DNA from: Ignavibacteriota bacterium | GTDB lineage: Bacteria; Bacteroidota; Ignavibacteria; UBA10030; SZUA-254 | Assembly (NCBI GenBank): GCA_025358305.1 | Contig: JANYJZ010000018.1 | Coordinates: forward strand, 19,403-83,402 | Direction: 5' to 3' | Length of the DNA stretch: 64,000 nt | Part shown: positions 19,229 through 32,116 of the stretch, piece by piece | How positions within the stretch are numbered: position 1 is the stretch's first letter | Layout of the letters: every line of letters starts with the position of its first letter | Notes under the pieces: model-generated | Databases searched by the model: none | The model's input: the letters and a program-made list of their open reading frames with translations, nothing else | What the model was told of the DNA's origin: nothing | Made by a program: the position numbers and the translations under genes

Positions 19229-19361
19229 TGCGCCTGAGCGCTCTCTTCCCTGTGCAACCATCATTCACGAATAATCGTACACTAGAGGCACGCTTCCCAG
19301 AGCTGCGGCGAACGCATTCTCTGCGCCCTTCACTCACCCTCATCGCAAAGAAAGGTCATCC

Positions 19362-21248
19362 ATGCATATGGCAGCAAAGATCGTCGTAACGGCTGTGGGC
19401 ATCGCGCTTGCAGCCGCCTCCACTGGCTACAGCCAGGAGCGGGACAGGACAAAGATCGCCGACAAATACAAATGGAAGCTCAGCGACATCTACTCGAGCG
19501 ACGACGCATGGCGCAAGGAGAAGGTGAAACTCGTCGCGGCGATCGAGACCATGGAACAGTACCGCGGCACGCTCTCACGCTCGGCGCAAGCGCTCCTCGC
19601 GTGCCTCAACGCCTCGACGGAGCTTTCGAAGGAGTACTCCCGCCTCTACGTCTATGCGAGCATGAACTCCGATACCGACACCCGGGACTCGAAGTACCTC
19701 GCCATGGAGCAGGAGATGAGCCAGCTCGGCTCGGACTTCGGCGCGAAGACGGCGTACATCGAGCCGGAGATCCTCGCGATCGACCAGAAGGTGATCGACG
19801 GGTACCTGAAGCAGGAGAAGGGACTGGAGATCTACCGGCACTACCTCGGTGACATCCTCCGCCGCAAGACGCACACCGGAACGTCCGGCGAGGAGAAGAT
19901 CATCGCAGACGCAGGCCTCATGGCGGATGCGCCGAATACGATCTTCGGTATTTTCGCTGACGCGGATTTTCCGTACGCCGACGTGAAGCTCTCCGCCGAC
20001 AGCACGTTGAAGCTCGACAAGCCCGCGTTCAACTTCTACCGCGGAAGCGCGAACCGCGCAGACCGCAAGAAGGTCTTCTCCACCTATTTCTCGCGGCTCA
20101 ACGACTACCGGCGTACGTTCGGCGCAGAACTCAACGCCCAGATCAAGAAAGACATGTTCTACGCCAGGGCCCGACAGTATCCTTCGAGCCTCGAGAGCGC
20201 TCTCGACGCGAACAACATCCCGGCAGCCGTCTACCACAGCCTCGTCGACAACGTCAACAAGAACCTCTCCACGTTCCACCGCTACCTGAAGCTCCGCAAG
20301 CGCATCCTCGGCGTCGATACGCTCCATTATTACGACCTCTACGCGCCGCTCGTCGCAGGCGTCGAACTGAAGTACCCGATCGAGGAGTCGGAAAAGAACA
20401 TCCTTGCCTCCCTCGCCCCCCTCGGGACGCAGTACACGGCGACGATCAAAAAGGCGCTCGACGAGCGCTGGATCGACCTCTATCCCACTGAAGGGAAGCG
20501 CTCTGGTGCGTATTCCAACGGCGGCGCATATGACGTGCACCCGTTTATGCTTCTGAACTATAACGGTAAGTATGACGACATGAGCACACTGGCGCACGAG
20601 CTGGGCCATACGATGCAAAGCTACTTCTCCAACAAGACACAGCCGTACGCGACGGCGAACTACCCCATCTTCGTTGCGGAGGTCGCCTCGACCTTCAACG
20701 AGGCGCTCCTCATCGACCACATGCTCAAGACGATCAAGGACAAGAAGGCTCGGCTCTCCCTCCTCGGGAACTACCTCGAGAACATCAAAGGGACGGTCTT
20801 TCGGCAGACGCAGTTCGCGGAGTTCGAGATGACGATACACGAGATGGCGGAAAAAGGCGAGCCCCTCACGGGCGACCGTCTCAACGAGGTGTACGCGGAG
20901 ATCACGAAGCGGTACTACGGGCACGACCAGGGCGTCTGCATCGTCGACGACGAGATCAAGTCCGAATGGTCGCACGTCCCCCACTTCTACTACAATTTCT
21001 ACCTGTATCAGTACGCGACCTCGTTTACCGCATCGGCCGCGCTGTCCGAGCTCGTGCTCGCCGGGGACAAAAATGCGACGAAGCGCTATCTGGAGTTCCT
21101 CTCCGCCGGCGGATCCGAGTATCCGATCGAGCTGCTGAAAAAGGCGGGCGTGGACATGACGACGTCATTGCCGCTCGAGCTGACGATGAAGAAGATGAAC
21201 CACGTCATGGATGAGATGGAGCAGATCCTGGGGGAAATGAAAAAGTAG
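19362..21248 (+). CDS. pepF: Oligoendopeptidase F (M3B) with signal peptide
   Basis: KWKLSDIY, GKRSGAY, LAHELGH, AEVAST, PHFYYNFY.YQYATS. Confidence 0.93.
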   Translation: MHMAAKIVVTAVGIALAAASTGYSQERDRTKIADKYKWKLSDIYSSDDAWRKEKVKLVAAIETMEQYRGTLSRSAQALLACLNASTELSKEYSRLYVYASMNSDTDTRDSKYLAMEQEMSQLGSDFGAKTAYIEPEILAIDQKVIDGYLKQEKGLEIYRHYLGDILRRKTHTGTSGEEKIIADAGLMADAPNTIFGIFADADFPYADVKLSADSTLKLDKPAFNFYRGSANRADRKKVFSTYFSRLNDYRRTFGAELNAQIKKDMFYARARQYPSSLESALDANNIPAAVYHSLVDNVNKNLSTFHRYLKLRKRILGVDTLHYYDLYAPLVAGVELKYPIEESEKNILASLAPLGTQYTATIKKALDERWIDLYPTEGKRSGAYSNGGAYDVHPFMLLNYNGKYDDMSTLAHELGHTMQSYFSNKTQPYATANYPIFVAEVASTFNEALLIDHMLKTIKDKKARLSLLGNYLENIKGTVFRQTQFAEFEMTIHEMAEKGEPLTGDRLNEVYAEITKRYYGHDQGVCIVDDEIKSEWSHVPHFYYNFYLYQYATSFTASAALSELVLAGDKNATKRYLEFLSAGGSEYPIELLKKAGVDMTTSLPLELTMKKMNHVMDEMEQILGEMKK

Positions 21249-21319
21249 GCGGGAAGTCGTCGATGGGGAGTTCGAAGCGCGCCTATTCGGGCGGTCGGTC
21301 CTCCCCCTACGGCCGTCGA

Positions 21320-21655
21320 TCAGGCGCTCAGGGCGTCCGCAAGCTTGCCGTTGATCGTGAAGACGCGGTCGAGTTGTGAGATCTTCATGAGGTCGAGCAC
21401 TTTCTTGTGCACTGCAACGAGGTGGACCTTGCCGCCGTGCTCCCGCATCGCCCGGTCGGCGATGAGGAGAGCGGAGAGGCCGCTCGAGTCGCAGAACTCG
21501 ACTTGCCCCATGTCCACGATGAGCTTCGTTGCGACCTTCGGCTTGCAGAGGACCAGAAATTCCGCTTTCAGCTCCGGCGTGAGCGTGGAGTCCAACTTGC
21601 GGGACTCGAGCGTCAGGATCGTCGCCTTCCCGTTCTTCGTTACAGAGTATTTCAT
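21320..21655 (-). CDS. STAS domain anti-sigma factor antagonist
   Basis: VEFCDSSGLSAL phospho-serine motif; 111 aa. Confidence 0.9.
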   Translation of the reverse strand: MKYSVTKNGKATILTLESRKLDSTLTPELKAEFLVLCKPKVATKLIVDMGQVEFCDSSGLSALLIADRAMREHGGKVHLVAVHKKVLDLMKISQLDRVFTINGKLADALSA

Positions 21656-21673
21656 ACGAGCTCCTTCATACAG

Positions 21674-22216
21674 CTAGAACATTGCGAGGCACGACGCGCA
21701 TTGGTCGTACACGGACTGGGAGGCGCGACGCGCGGCGAGATTGAACCGCACGTTGAAGAACAGGTCTGCATCCGGGCCGTCGTAGAAGTTGACGCGGACT
21801 CCTGCCCTCGACGCTTTGCAAATATACGCAGTATGGAGGACGAAGTCAAGATTGAAGTCCAGGGCGACGTCGTACTGCTTGACGTAGATCCGCTTCAGGA
21901 GCGGCGCGACCGGCAGCGAGAAGCGGTTAACGTCCGGCGGATCGATGCGGATCACCGTGCATCGGGGAAATTCCGTCAGGGCCGTCGCGCGCGTGCTCGT
22001 GTGGATCACGGTGAACTCGAGATGCGAAAGCGAGTCGCGAAACTTCCGCAACGCCTTCCCTGCTTCCGCCGCTTCTTCGTAGCCGATCGGAAGCGTGATG
22101 AGAACGTTCCGGGCGCCGGTGAAGAAGTTCGTCATCTTCTGCGGCGTATCGATGTCGCTCCGGAACTGGAACCGGGCGTACTGCAGCCCGCAATAGGCGT
22201 AGAGGCGTTCAAGCAT
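21674..22216 (-). CDS. Conserved hypothetical protein (Rossmann-like, resembles a glycosyltransferase family 9 N-terminal half)
   Basis: In operon context after ligA; YDVALDFN...ASRAGVRV pattern. Confidence 0.6.
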   Translation of the reverse strand: MLERLYAYCGLQYARFQFRSDIDTPQKMTNFFTGARNVLITLPIGYEEAAEAGKALRKFRDSLSHLEFTVIHTSTRATALTEFPRCTVIRIDPPDVNRFSLPVAPLLKRIYVKQYDVALDFNLDFVLHTAYICKASRAGVRVNFYDGPDADLFFNVRFNLAARRASQSVYDQCASCLAMF

Positions 22217-22225
22217 GCGCGTCCA

Positions 22226-25148
<2,923 letters not shown>

Positions 25149-25244
25149 GGAACCGCCGCTAGAAAGTGGAGAAAATCATGATGCCCGCGTTTACGCGTGC
25201 AGACGTCAAAAAGGTACCATTCCGTGTTCTGAATTGCAAGACAC

Positions 25245-27497
25245 TCATAACTCGCTTTCGGAGCGCGGGGAGGCATCAAGAATGCTGCGGATCTTCCGGG
25301 AGAAGCTGTCGATCTCATACGGCTTTTGAATGAATCCGTCGATCGCCCGTGCGAACTTGCCGTCGTCCAGCATCGTGGCGCTGTAGCCGCTGCAGACGAG
25401 TATCCGCAATGACGGGAAGAGTTCCTTGATCCGGTCGAACGTCTCCCGCCCTCCCATGCGCGGCATGTTCATGTCGAGGATGACGAGGTCAAACGGCTTG
25501 CCGGTTCCGGAGAGAAGATCCATCGCGTCGCGGCCGTTGCGTGCGATCTCCACGGTGTAGCCGAGGTCCGTCAGGAGGTCGTTGCCGACCTCCCCGATCG
25601 AGATCTCGTCCTCGACGAGAAGGATCCGCTCCTTGCCGCCGACGATCGGCTCCTGCGACTTTTTCACCTCGCGGATCGACCGGATCTCCGTGACTCGGGG
25701 AAAATACATGGTGAACACCGTGCCGCTGTTCAGTTCGCTGCTGACCGCGATGAGCGCCTGGTGGCTCCGCACGACGCCGTAGACGACCGAGAGGCCAAGG
25801 CCAGTCCCTTTGCCCTGCTCCTTCGTCGTGAAGAACGGCTCATAGATCTTGTTAAGGATCTGCGGCGAAATGCCCGTTCCTGAATCCACCACGGAGACCA
25901 GGACGTACTCGCCCGGTCTGCCGTCGGCGAATTGGGCGGCGATCTGATCGGTCATCGTGAACGGTTTGCAGTTGATGACGAGTATACCTCCGTTCGGCAT
26001 GGCATCGCGGGCATTGAGGCAGAGATTGAGGAATGCCTGCTGAAGCTGGCCTTCATCGCCGTTGACGATCGCCGGTTCCTGGGACAGCGTGCACTTGATG
26101 ACGATATTCTTCGAGGTCGTCGCCTCGAAGAGCTTGATCGTCTGGTCGAGGATCGTGTTCACATCGACGAAGTGGACGTGTGGGTTGTTCTTCCGGGCGA
26201 ACGTCAGGAGCTGCCTTGTGATCGCCGCGCCCCGCCGAGACGTCGTCTCGATGAGGTCCACATACTTCATCCAGCGCTCTTCGCCGCTCATCTTTCTCCG
26301 CATGATCGATGCGGAGCCGAGGATCGCGGTGAGGATGTTGTTGAAATCATGCGCGATGCCTCCCGCGAGGTTGCCGATGCTATCGATCTTCTGCACCTGC
26401 AGGAGCTTCTCCTCCATCCGCTTCTTCTCTGTGATATCCCGCATGACGATGCGGGCGAGGGTCGGCCTTCGGTCGGGTCCGTAGACGAGCGAGGCGCTGA
26501 CGCTCACGTCGATAAGGCTGCCGTCGGAGCGCAGGAGCCGCTCCTCGACGCCCCGGAGCTCCTCGCCGAACTCGAAGATCCGCAAGAGGTCCTCACGCAC
26601 GCGGTGGAACTGTGTATCAGGGAAGAGCCTTAAGAGCGGCTTCCCGATGATCTCGGCCTTCGGATACCCGAGGAGAGTGCTTTCGGTTTGGTTGCAGCTG
26701 ATGATGATCCCGTCTTGGTCGACGCTGTGGTACATGTCCGGGGAATGCTCGTAGAGGTCGACATAGAGACCCTCGGACTGCTTGACTTGTTCGAAGAGCG
26801 ACGCGTTGTTGAGGGCGACACTGATCTGGTTGCCGAACGCTTGGATGAGCGCGATCTTCTTTGATGAGAAGTTCTTCGCACCGCGGCCGGCGATGACCAT
26901 CACCCCTGCGAAGATGCCGTTCCGGATGAGGGGAATGGAGGCCAAGATCTCATTCTCGCGGGCGCGGAACGCCTCGTGCGTGTTGGTCTGTACGCGCGGT
27001 TCGGTTGCGCGGAGCATGCCGGGGTCCCAGATCCACTGGAGCGACGGATCGCTCGTGGAGCAGTCCGGCCGGAAAAAGGGGGTGAAGGTGCCGTGCTGGA
27101 AATGGAGGACGAGGCGCTCCCCCTCGACGAGATAGATCCATCCGCTGTCGGCCCGCATGAGTTCCATGACCTTCTCCAGCGCGGAGCGCAGGACGAGGTT
27201 GAGGTCCATGGAGTGGTTGACCGCCTCCGCGATCGTGTTGAGCTCCTGGAGTTCCCGGCGCTGGTCCTCGAGCATCCTCCCGTACTTCAGCGTGAAGTAC
27301 ACGCTGACATACCCGAAGACGCCGACGGTGAGGACGCTGATGAAGTCAAGCCACCCAAGTCGTTCTCCGATGAAGATGTGGGTCGTCACGATCGTCGCCA
27401 TCGCGACGATGACAGCCGTCGAGGCGACCACCTGAGATTGTTCGACAAGCCCCATGGACTTGAAGAACTGTCGGATGCTTTTGATGATGGCTTTCAT
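25245..27497 (-). CDS. Hybrid sensor kinase (2TM-GAF-PAS-HisKA-HATPase-REC)
   Basis: GGIAHDFNN, NARDAM, DSGTG, EPFFTTK, GTGLGL, C-terminal LLVEDE...LDMNMP...KP. Confidence 0.93.
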   Translation of the reverse strand: MKAIIKSIRQFFKSMGLVEQSQVVASTAVIVAMATIVTTHIFIGERLGWLDFISVLTVGVFGYVSVYFTLKYGRMLEDQRRELQELNTIAEAVNHSMDLNLVLRSALEKVMELMRADSGWIYLVEGERLVLHFQHGTFTPFFRPDCSTSDPSLQWIWDPGMLRATEPRVQTNTHEAFRARENEILASIPLIRNGIFAGVMVIAGRGAKNFSSKKIALIQAFGNQISVALNNASLFEQVKQSEGLYVDLYEHSPDMYHSVDQDGIIISCNQTESTLLGYPKAEIIGKPLLRLFPDTQFHRVREDLLRIFEFGEELRGVEERLLRSDGSLIDVSVSASLVYGPDRRPTLARIVMRDITEKKRMEEKLLQVQKIDSIGNLAGGIAHDFNNILTAILGSASIMRRKMSGEERWMKYVDLIETTSRRGAAITRQLLTFARKNNPHVHFVDVNTILDQTIKLFEATTSKNIVIKCTLSQEPAIVNGDEGQLQQAFLNLCLNARDAMPNGGILVINCKPFTMTDQIAAQFADGRPGEYVLVSVVDSGTGISPQILNKIYEPFFTTKEQGKGTGLGLSVVYGVVRSHQALIAVSSELNSGTVFTMYFPRVTEIRSIREVKKSQEPIVGGKERILLVEDEISIGEVGNDLLTDLGYTVEIARNGRDAMDLLSGTGKPFDLVILDMNMPRMGGRETFDRIKELFPSLRILVCSGYSATMLDDGKFARAIDGFIQKPYEIDSFSRKIRSILDASPRSESEL

Positions 27498-27508
27498 ATC
27501 GCGGTGAA

Positions 27509-27537
27509 AATGTAAGAAGAAACGGCAAGAGTATCAA
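27509..27537 (-). promoter_or_regulatory. sigma70-type promoter TTGATA-N17-TACATT of the hybrid kinase
   Basis: Hexamers and 17-nt spacer read directly. Confidence 0.6.
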
Positions 27538-27607
27538 CCGCAATCGGGAATGACGTGACGCGGAGCGCGGGCGTGGGGACAAGCGCAGAGCAAATACCGG
27601 CTGGAAC

Positions 27608-27638
27608 GCACAAGGGGAGGCAAAGCCTCCCCTTGTGC
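27608..27638 (-). terminator. Perfect 14-bp hairpin downstream of tRNA-Pro
   Basis: GCACAAGGGGAGGC-AAA-GCCTCCCCTTGTGC; no strong U tract. Confidence 0.6.
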
Positions 27639-27657
27639 ACCGAGAACGATAAACGAG

Positions 27658-27732
27658 TCGGAACGGCGGGATTCGAACCCGCGACCCCTACCACCCCAAG
27701 GTAGTGCGCTAGCCGGGCTGCGCTACGTTCCG
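27658..27732 (-). tRNA. tRNA-Pro (GGG), CCA not encoded
   Basis: CGGAACG acceptor stem, CTACC-TTGGGGT-GGTAG anticodon arm, GGTTCGAATCC T-arm. Confidence 0.95.
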
Positions 27733-27768
27733 ATCATGAAGCAAAATGTCGTCTGTTCGCCAGGCCGC

Positions 27769-28179
27769 CTAGGCCAGCCGAACGAGCAGATCTTCCAAGA
27801 ACTTCTTTACTTCGACCATGTCGCTTCGGAGCCGGTTTTCCGTCGGCTTCTGGGTCGACGACGCACTCTGACCGGCGGAGACCGTCTCGGTCGACGAGAT
27901 GAGCTCGAGCTGTTCCCCCGTGTCGGTTTCCGGCATGTATGTCTGGAGGACCTGTTTCGCACCCTCGATCGTATAGCGCTCTTCACGCAAGAGGCGCTTG
28001 ATGTAGAGGATGAGCTTGATATCCCGGTTCGTATAGATCCGGTTCCCCGCCCTGTTCTTGGCCGGTTGGAGCAGCTCGAACTCCGATTCCCAGTACCGGA
28101 GGACGTATTGCTCCAGATCAGTGATCTTGCTGACCTCACTGATCGAATAGTAGAGTTTCTTGATACCGAGCTGTTTCAT
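27769..28179 (-). CDS. MerR-family HTH regulator
   Basis: YYSISEVS...YVLRYWE.EF...GNRIY. The merR-tRNA-Pro(GGG) linkage is a common arrangement. Confidence 0.9.
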   Translation of the reverse strand: MKQLGIKKLYYSISEVSKITDLEQYVLRYWESEFELLQPAKNRAGNRIYTNRDIKLILYIKRLLREERYTIEGAKQVLQTYMPETDTGEQLELISSTETVSAGQSASSTQKPTENRLRSDMVEVKKFLEDLLVRLA

Positions 28180-28255
28180 GCGCTTCCCGCGAAGGTGAAT
28201 GGTCGCAGTATTGTGTCCTTGAAAATACGCAATAAAAACGGGAAAGGCAACCTCT

Positions 28256-28645
28256 TCAGGCCGTCGATTCGATGACCGTCGATTCGATGACGGCAAAACC
28301 CACGACAACATTGTCCGAATGGGAGATCGAGACCAGGATACGGCTCCCTTCGAGGAGTTCTCGGACGCGTCCGTGGAGCCGGACCGATGGCTTGCCGCTC
28401 GCATCGTTCTCCACCTCCACGTCCTTCCAACGAAATCCGCCGCTCCAGCCTGTCGCCAGGGCCTTCGAGACCGCCTCCTTGACGGCGAATCGCCCCGCTA
28501 TGTGCTGCGTGGCATTCTTCCGTGCGCGGGAGTACGAAAGCTCCTGCGGCGTGAAGATCTTCTCGAGGAACGTGTCGCCCCACTGGTCGATCGCCCGCTG
28601 GATGCGGGGAAGTTCGACGACATCGACGCCGACGCCCTCGATCAT
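28256..28645 (-). CDS. acpS: Holo-ACP synthase
   Basis: GVGVDVV, AGRFAVKEAVSKAL, SGKP, SISH. Confidence 0.93.
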   Translation of the reverse strand: MIEGVGVDVVELPRIQRAIDQWGDTFLEKIFTPQELSYSRARKNATQHIAGRFAVKEAVSKALATGWSGGFRWKDVEVENDASGKPSVRLHGRVRELLEGSRILVSISHSDNVVVGFAVIESTVIESTA

Positions 28646-29337
28646 CGGGGCGCCCCGCGCGAGTTCTCCTTTTCGACGATGGGGAGAAGGTCCTTGATGT
28701 CGGCCACTTCGTAATCCGCGTGCGTCACGACGGTGCCGAACGTGTCGCCGTACCGAGCAAACACGGTCTTCATGCCGATGTTCGCGGCTCCCACCATGTC
28801 GCGCTCCGCCCAGTCGCCAAGCATGAGGGCCTCGGCCGGTGCGACGCCGAGGAGCTCCAGCGCCTTCTTGAACGGACCGGGGTTCGGCTTGCGTTCCCCC
28901 GTGTCGTCAAAGGTCACCACGGCATGGAAGATGTGGTGGAAGTTGAGATAGCAAAGCCGGAGCCAGGCCTCCCGGCCGGGCGCGTCGGAAACAACGGCGA
29001 GGAGCATCCCACGCTTCAAAAGCTCCATGAGGGTCATGTAGACGTGGGGATACGGCACGAGCGCCGCTTCGCGCGCGCGACGGTAGGCGATGATGCCGGC
29101 GGAAAGGATCTTGTAGTTCACCTTGTTGAAGACGTCGTAGAGCAGCTGGTCGAAGACGTTCTGGAATTCAATGCCCCGCTCCTTGTAGATCGCGTCGATC
29201 CGGGTCCGGACCTCGTCGCGCGACAGATTGAGCCCGGCGTCGATCATTGCGTCAATGGCGGCATCCACCGCCTTGCGCTTCATCGCCATGAAGTCGACGA
29301 GCGTGTTGTCGAGGTCGAAGATGACGGCTTTGATCAT
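28642..29337 (-). CDS. HAD-superfamily hydrolase
   Basis: FDLDNTL, VVSD, KP, GD...D motifs. Confidence 0.92.
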   Translation of the reverse strand: MIKAVIFDLDNTLVDFMAMKRKAVDAAIDAMIDAGLNLSRDEVRTRIDAIYKERGIEFQNVFDQLLYDVFNKVNYKILSAGIIAYRRAREAALVPYPHVYMTLMELLKRGMLLAVVSDAPGREAWLRLCYLNFHHIFHAVVTFDDTGERKPNPGPFKKALELLGVAPAEALMLGDWAERDMVGAANIGMKTVFARYGDTFGTVVTHADYEVADIKDLLPIVEKENSRGAPR

Positions 29338-29343
29338 TGGGCG

Positions 29344-29613
29344 TTATTTCGATTTGGCCGCGCGGGCGGCTTCGTCTTCGATGTACACTCGCAGCTTCGG
29401 CTTAATGAACGCGGTCTCGATGCCGTAGGCGGCCAAGGCTTGGGCGAGCGAGGAGGCCTTCCTGGGGTCGGGAAGCCGCTTGTTCACAACGACGACCTTC
29501 TGTTCTTTGAGAACGCAGTAACCGCTCTCGAAATCCCCCTTCTCATAGCGGAGATTGATGCCGAGCTGGTGGGTGAGTTCTTCGAGTTCTTGTACGATGA
29601 GGAGGTAATTCAT
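29344..29613 (-). CDS. Conserved hypothetical small protein
   Basis: Host-like codon usage; RYEKGDF.SGYC pattern; first gene of the HAD-acpS run. Confidence 0.7.
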   Translation of the reverse strand: MNYLLIVQELEELTHQLGINLRYEKGDFESGYCVLKEQKVVVVNKRLPDPRKASSLAQALAAYGIETAFIKPKLRVYIEDEAARAAKSK

Positions 29614-29662
29614 GCGTTTTCGGGGGATAATCGAATCATGCGCTCATGTAAGGATAACACAT

Positions 29663-32116
29663 TCAGTGGAGAGAATCAACTGTGGCGCTGCGATCGACGA
29701 TGATGAGACCGGAGCTGACGGAATCCGCATGCGCCCGCGCGGCGAAGATCTCCCGGCGCAGTCCGACCGCCGCCGCATTTCCAGGCGCCTCGCCGATGGC
29801 CCGTTCATCCTCGTCGAGCGCAACCTCGTAGAGCTCGATGGCGCGGTAGAGCCGCGCCTCGCTCAGATGGAGGGCGCTCCGGGCCGCAGGGTCGCGGACC
29901 CAACAGAGGGAGTCGCTCGAGGCGAGCAGCTGGGAGAACGCCATGACGACCTGGTTCTTGGCATCCATCGCGCTGAGTTGACGGAAGTAATGGCGGGCGT
30001 CGGCGGTATCCCCGTTCTGCAAATTGAAATGGAATCCCCAGAGGAGCCCCCAGAAGTAACTGGAGTCGAGCCGCAGCGACTCGTCGCAGAGGTGCTCCGC
30101 GCGCTTTTTGTATCCCAGGTCCCAGTAGAGCCGGCCGAGGTCGTTCATCTTGATCGCCCGCTCCTGCGTGGGCGGTACTCCTTTGGCCGATAGCGCCACG
30201 TACATCGCGTCCAGATGCACGCGCGCGGTGTAGAGGAGCGATGCCGCCTGGGGCATCGCCATGAGCCGCTCATAGGAGCGTTGCGCCGCGAGGGAATCCC
30301 CTTCCATCGCAAAGGCCGTCACGGACTCGTAGATCGGGTCAGCCTGACCGGGCGCTCGCTCTGCCGCCCGCAGGTAGTACGCGGCCGCGCTCCGGTATTC
30401 CCCAGCGAGAAAGTGCGCCCTTCCCATCCGCAGAAGGCCCGCAGCCCTCAGAGAGTCAGGAATCGGCACGGCGCGCACTGGGGCGGCGGCGCCCGGGTTC
30501 CGAAGGAGCGATGTCACCTTGTACACATGGAGGTTCGCAGCGGCAAAGACGGAATCAAACCGGTAGCGCTCCGATTCCCCCATGAGAAACTCGTAGAGCT
30601 TGTAGTCCTCCCACTGCGTCTCGCTCAGGAGATACGACACGTCGTTATCGCGTATCATCTTCTCGAACAGGGGCAGGGTCAGGCCCGGGTTCGCTTCGAG
30701 CACTTTGCGAGTACCGACCATGATCGCGATCTGTTTCGCCGGGCTCGCAATGACGCTTTGTTCCGGGACGCTGTTGCGGATCCAATCCCCGACGAGGGCC
30801 CAGGGATAGGTGTAGGCGGTCGGATACGACGGCCGCTTGATGAGCTCCTGGTAGAACCCCATCGGCGATCGCCGGTACGACATGTTCGTCCCGATGATCT
30901 CGCCCATCAGCAGGAGATTCGGGAGCATGAGAAGGAGGACGAGCGGAACGAGCACGCGCGGACGGCCGAGCCCTTGCAGCAGCTCGATGTACCCGGACGC
31001 GAAGCGCGCTCCGGCGATGACGTAGTAGATCATCAAGGGGAGGATCGGAAAAAGGAACCGGATATCGTGCACCGGATAGACGAGTACGATGAGAAGGTAG
31101 CCCAGGAAGAGCGTACCTCGGAAGATCGCTCCGGCCCCCTCCTTGCGCTCCGCGGCGATCCCCGCCGCTCCCGCCAGGAGCACTGCCGCGATGACAAGGA
31201 GGCGGAGCGCCGAGGGAAACTGCGCCGGCGACATCGCAAGGTTCACCTGCCCACTGCCGTGGAGCGGGTAGAAGAGCATTCCGCCGAGCTCCCAGGCGTA
31301 CGCGTGGAGACTGAGCCAGACCCGCTGAGCGAGTTCCGATAAGAGGGGCGTCCCCGCCGGCGATACGAAGTGCTGGAAGACAAGGGCGCTGTTCGCCTTC
31401 GTCGAACCCTCAGGGAGGCGGACAAGGACCTGGTTTCGGACGTACCAGAGACCGAGGCAGAGCGCTGCGGCGCACACGAGCACCCCGGCGCGCATGAAGC
31501 GTCGCCGCAGGAGAAAATAGACGAAGATGGCGAGGACGGCGGCCACGCCGATCTCGCGCAACAGTCCGATCGTGCCCGCGAGGGCGACGAGGAGGATCCA
31601 CCGAGGCCCGGGCGCGGGGTCATCGATGACCCGGTCGGCGAGGAGAAGCATGGCGCAGAGACACGCGACAAAGGGCGCCTCCGAGAGAGCCTCCGAAGAG
31701 TAGACCAGGAGGAGAGGGTTGCAGACCAGGAGGAGCGTCCCGGCGAGCGCTGCCGTCTTGCCCATCCTGCTGCGCAACCAGCGGTGAAACAGGTAGAGCG
31801 CGAGCATCCCCCAGAGGATCGTCGCGACCTTGACGGCGGTGAGCGACCGCGGAAAGAAAAGTTCTACCGGAGCGAGTAGGACGGAATAGAACGGAGCATG
31901 TTCGACGAATTGCTGGACCTCCGGCTGCGTATCATCGACGAACCCCTTCCCGGAGGCGAGCGAGTTGCCCCAGATGACGTACCGGATGCTGTCGGGCGAG
32001 TAGAGCGAGAGGTCGTTCAATCGCAAGATCCCGGCGAGCAAGAAGGCCCCGAGAATGAGCGCAATGGCGTACCACGACGATCGGCCACCCGAAGGGATCG
32101 ACACAGGCCCGGTCAC
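29663..32116 (-). CDS. GT-C (ArnT/PMT-like) membrane glycosyltransferase with C-terminal TPRs
   Basis: YSPDSIRY loop motif, many TMs (SEALSE, IRFLFP), TPR-like helices. Start at the GTGA overlap. Confidence 0.75.
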   Translation of the reverse strand: MTGPVSIPSGGRSSWYAIALILGAFLLAGILRLNDLSLYSPDSIRYVIWGNSLASGKGFVDDTQPEVQQFVEHAPFYSVLLAPVELFFPRSLTAVKVATILWGMLALYLFHRWLRSRMGKTAALAGTLLLVCNPLLLVYSSEALSEAPFVACLCAMLLLADRVIDDPAPGPRWILLVALAGTIGLLREIGVAAVLAIFVYFLLRRRFMRAGVLVCAAALCLGLWYVRNQVLVRLPEGSTKANSALVFQHFVSPAGTPLLSELAQRVWLSLHAYAWELGGMLFYPLHGSGQVNLAMSPAQFPSALRLLVIAAVLLAGAAGIAAERKEGAGAIFRGTLFLGYLLIVLVYPVHDIRFLFPILPLMIYYVIAGARFASGYIELLQGLGRPRVLVPLVLLLMLPNLLLMGEIIGTNMSYRRSPMGFYQELIKRPSYPTAYTYPWALVGDWIRNSVPEQSVIASPAKQIAIMVGTRKVLEANPGLTLPLFEKMIRDNDVSYLLSETQWEDYKLYEFLMGESERYRFDSVFAAANLHVYKVTSLLRNPGAAAPVRAVPIPDSLRAAGLLRMGRAHFLAGEYRSAAAYYLRAAERAPGQADPIYESVTAFAMEGDSLAAQRSYERLMAMPQAASLLYTARVHLDAMYVALSAKGVPPTQERAIKMNDLGRLYWDLGYKKRAEHLCDESLRLDSSYFWGLLWGFHFNLQNGDTADARHYFRQLSAMDAKNQVVMAFSQLLASSDSLCWVRDPAARSALHLSEARLYRAIELYEVALDEDERAIGEAPGNAAAVGLRREIFAARAHADSVSSGLIIVDRSATVDSLH

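Noticed and set aside
27658..27732. tRNA-Pro as an island integration site
   Set aside because: No duplicated tRNA 3' end or adjacent integrase was seen in the window.
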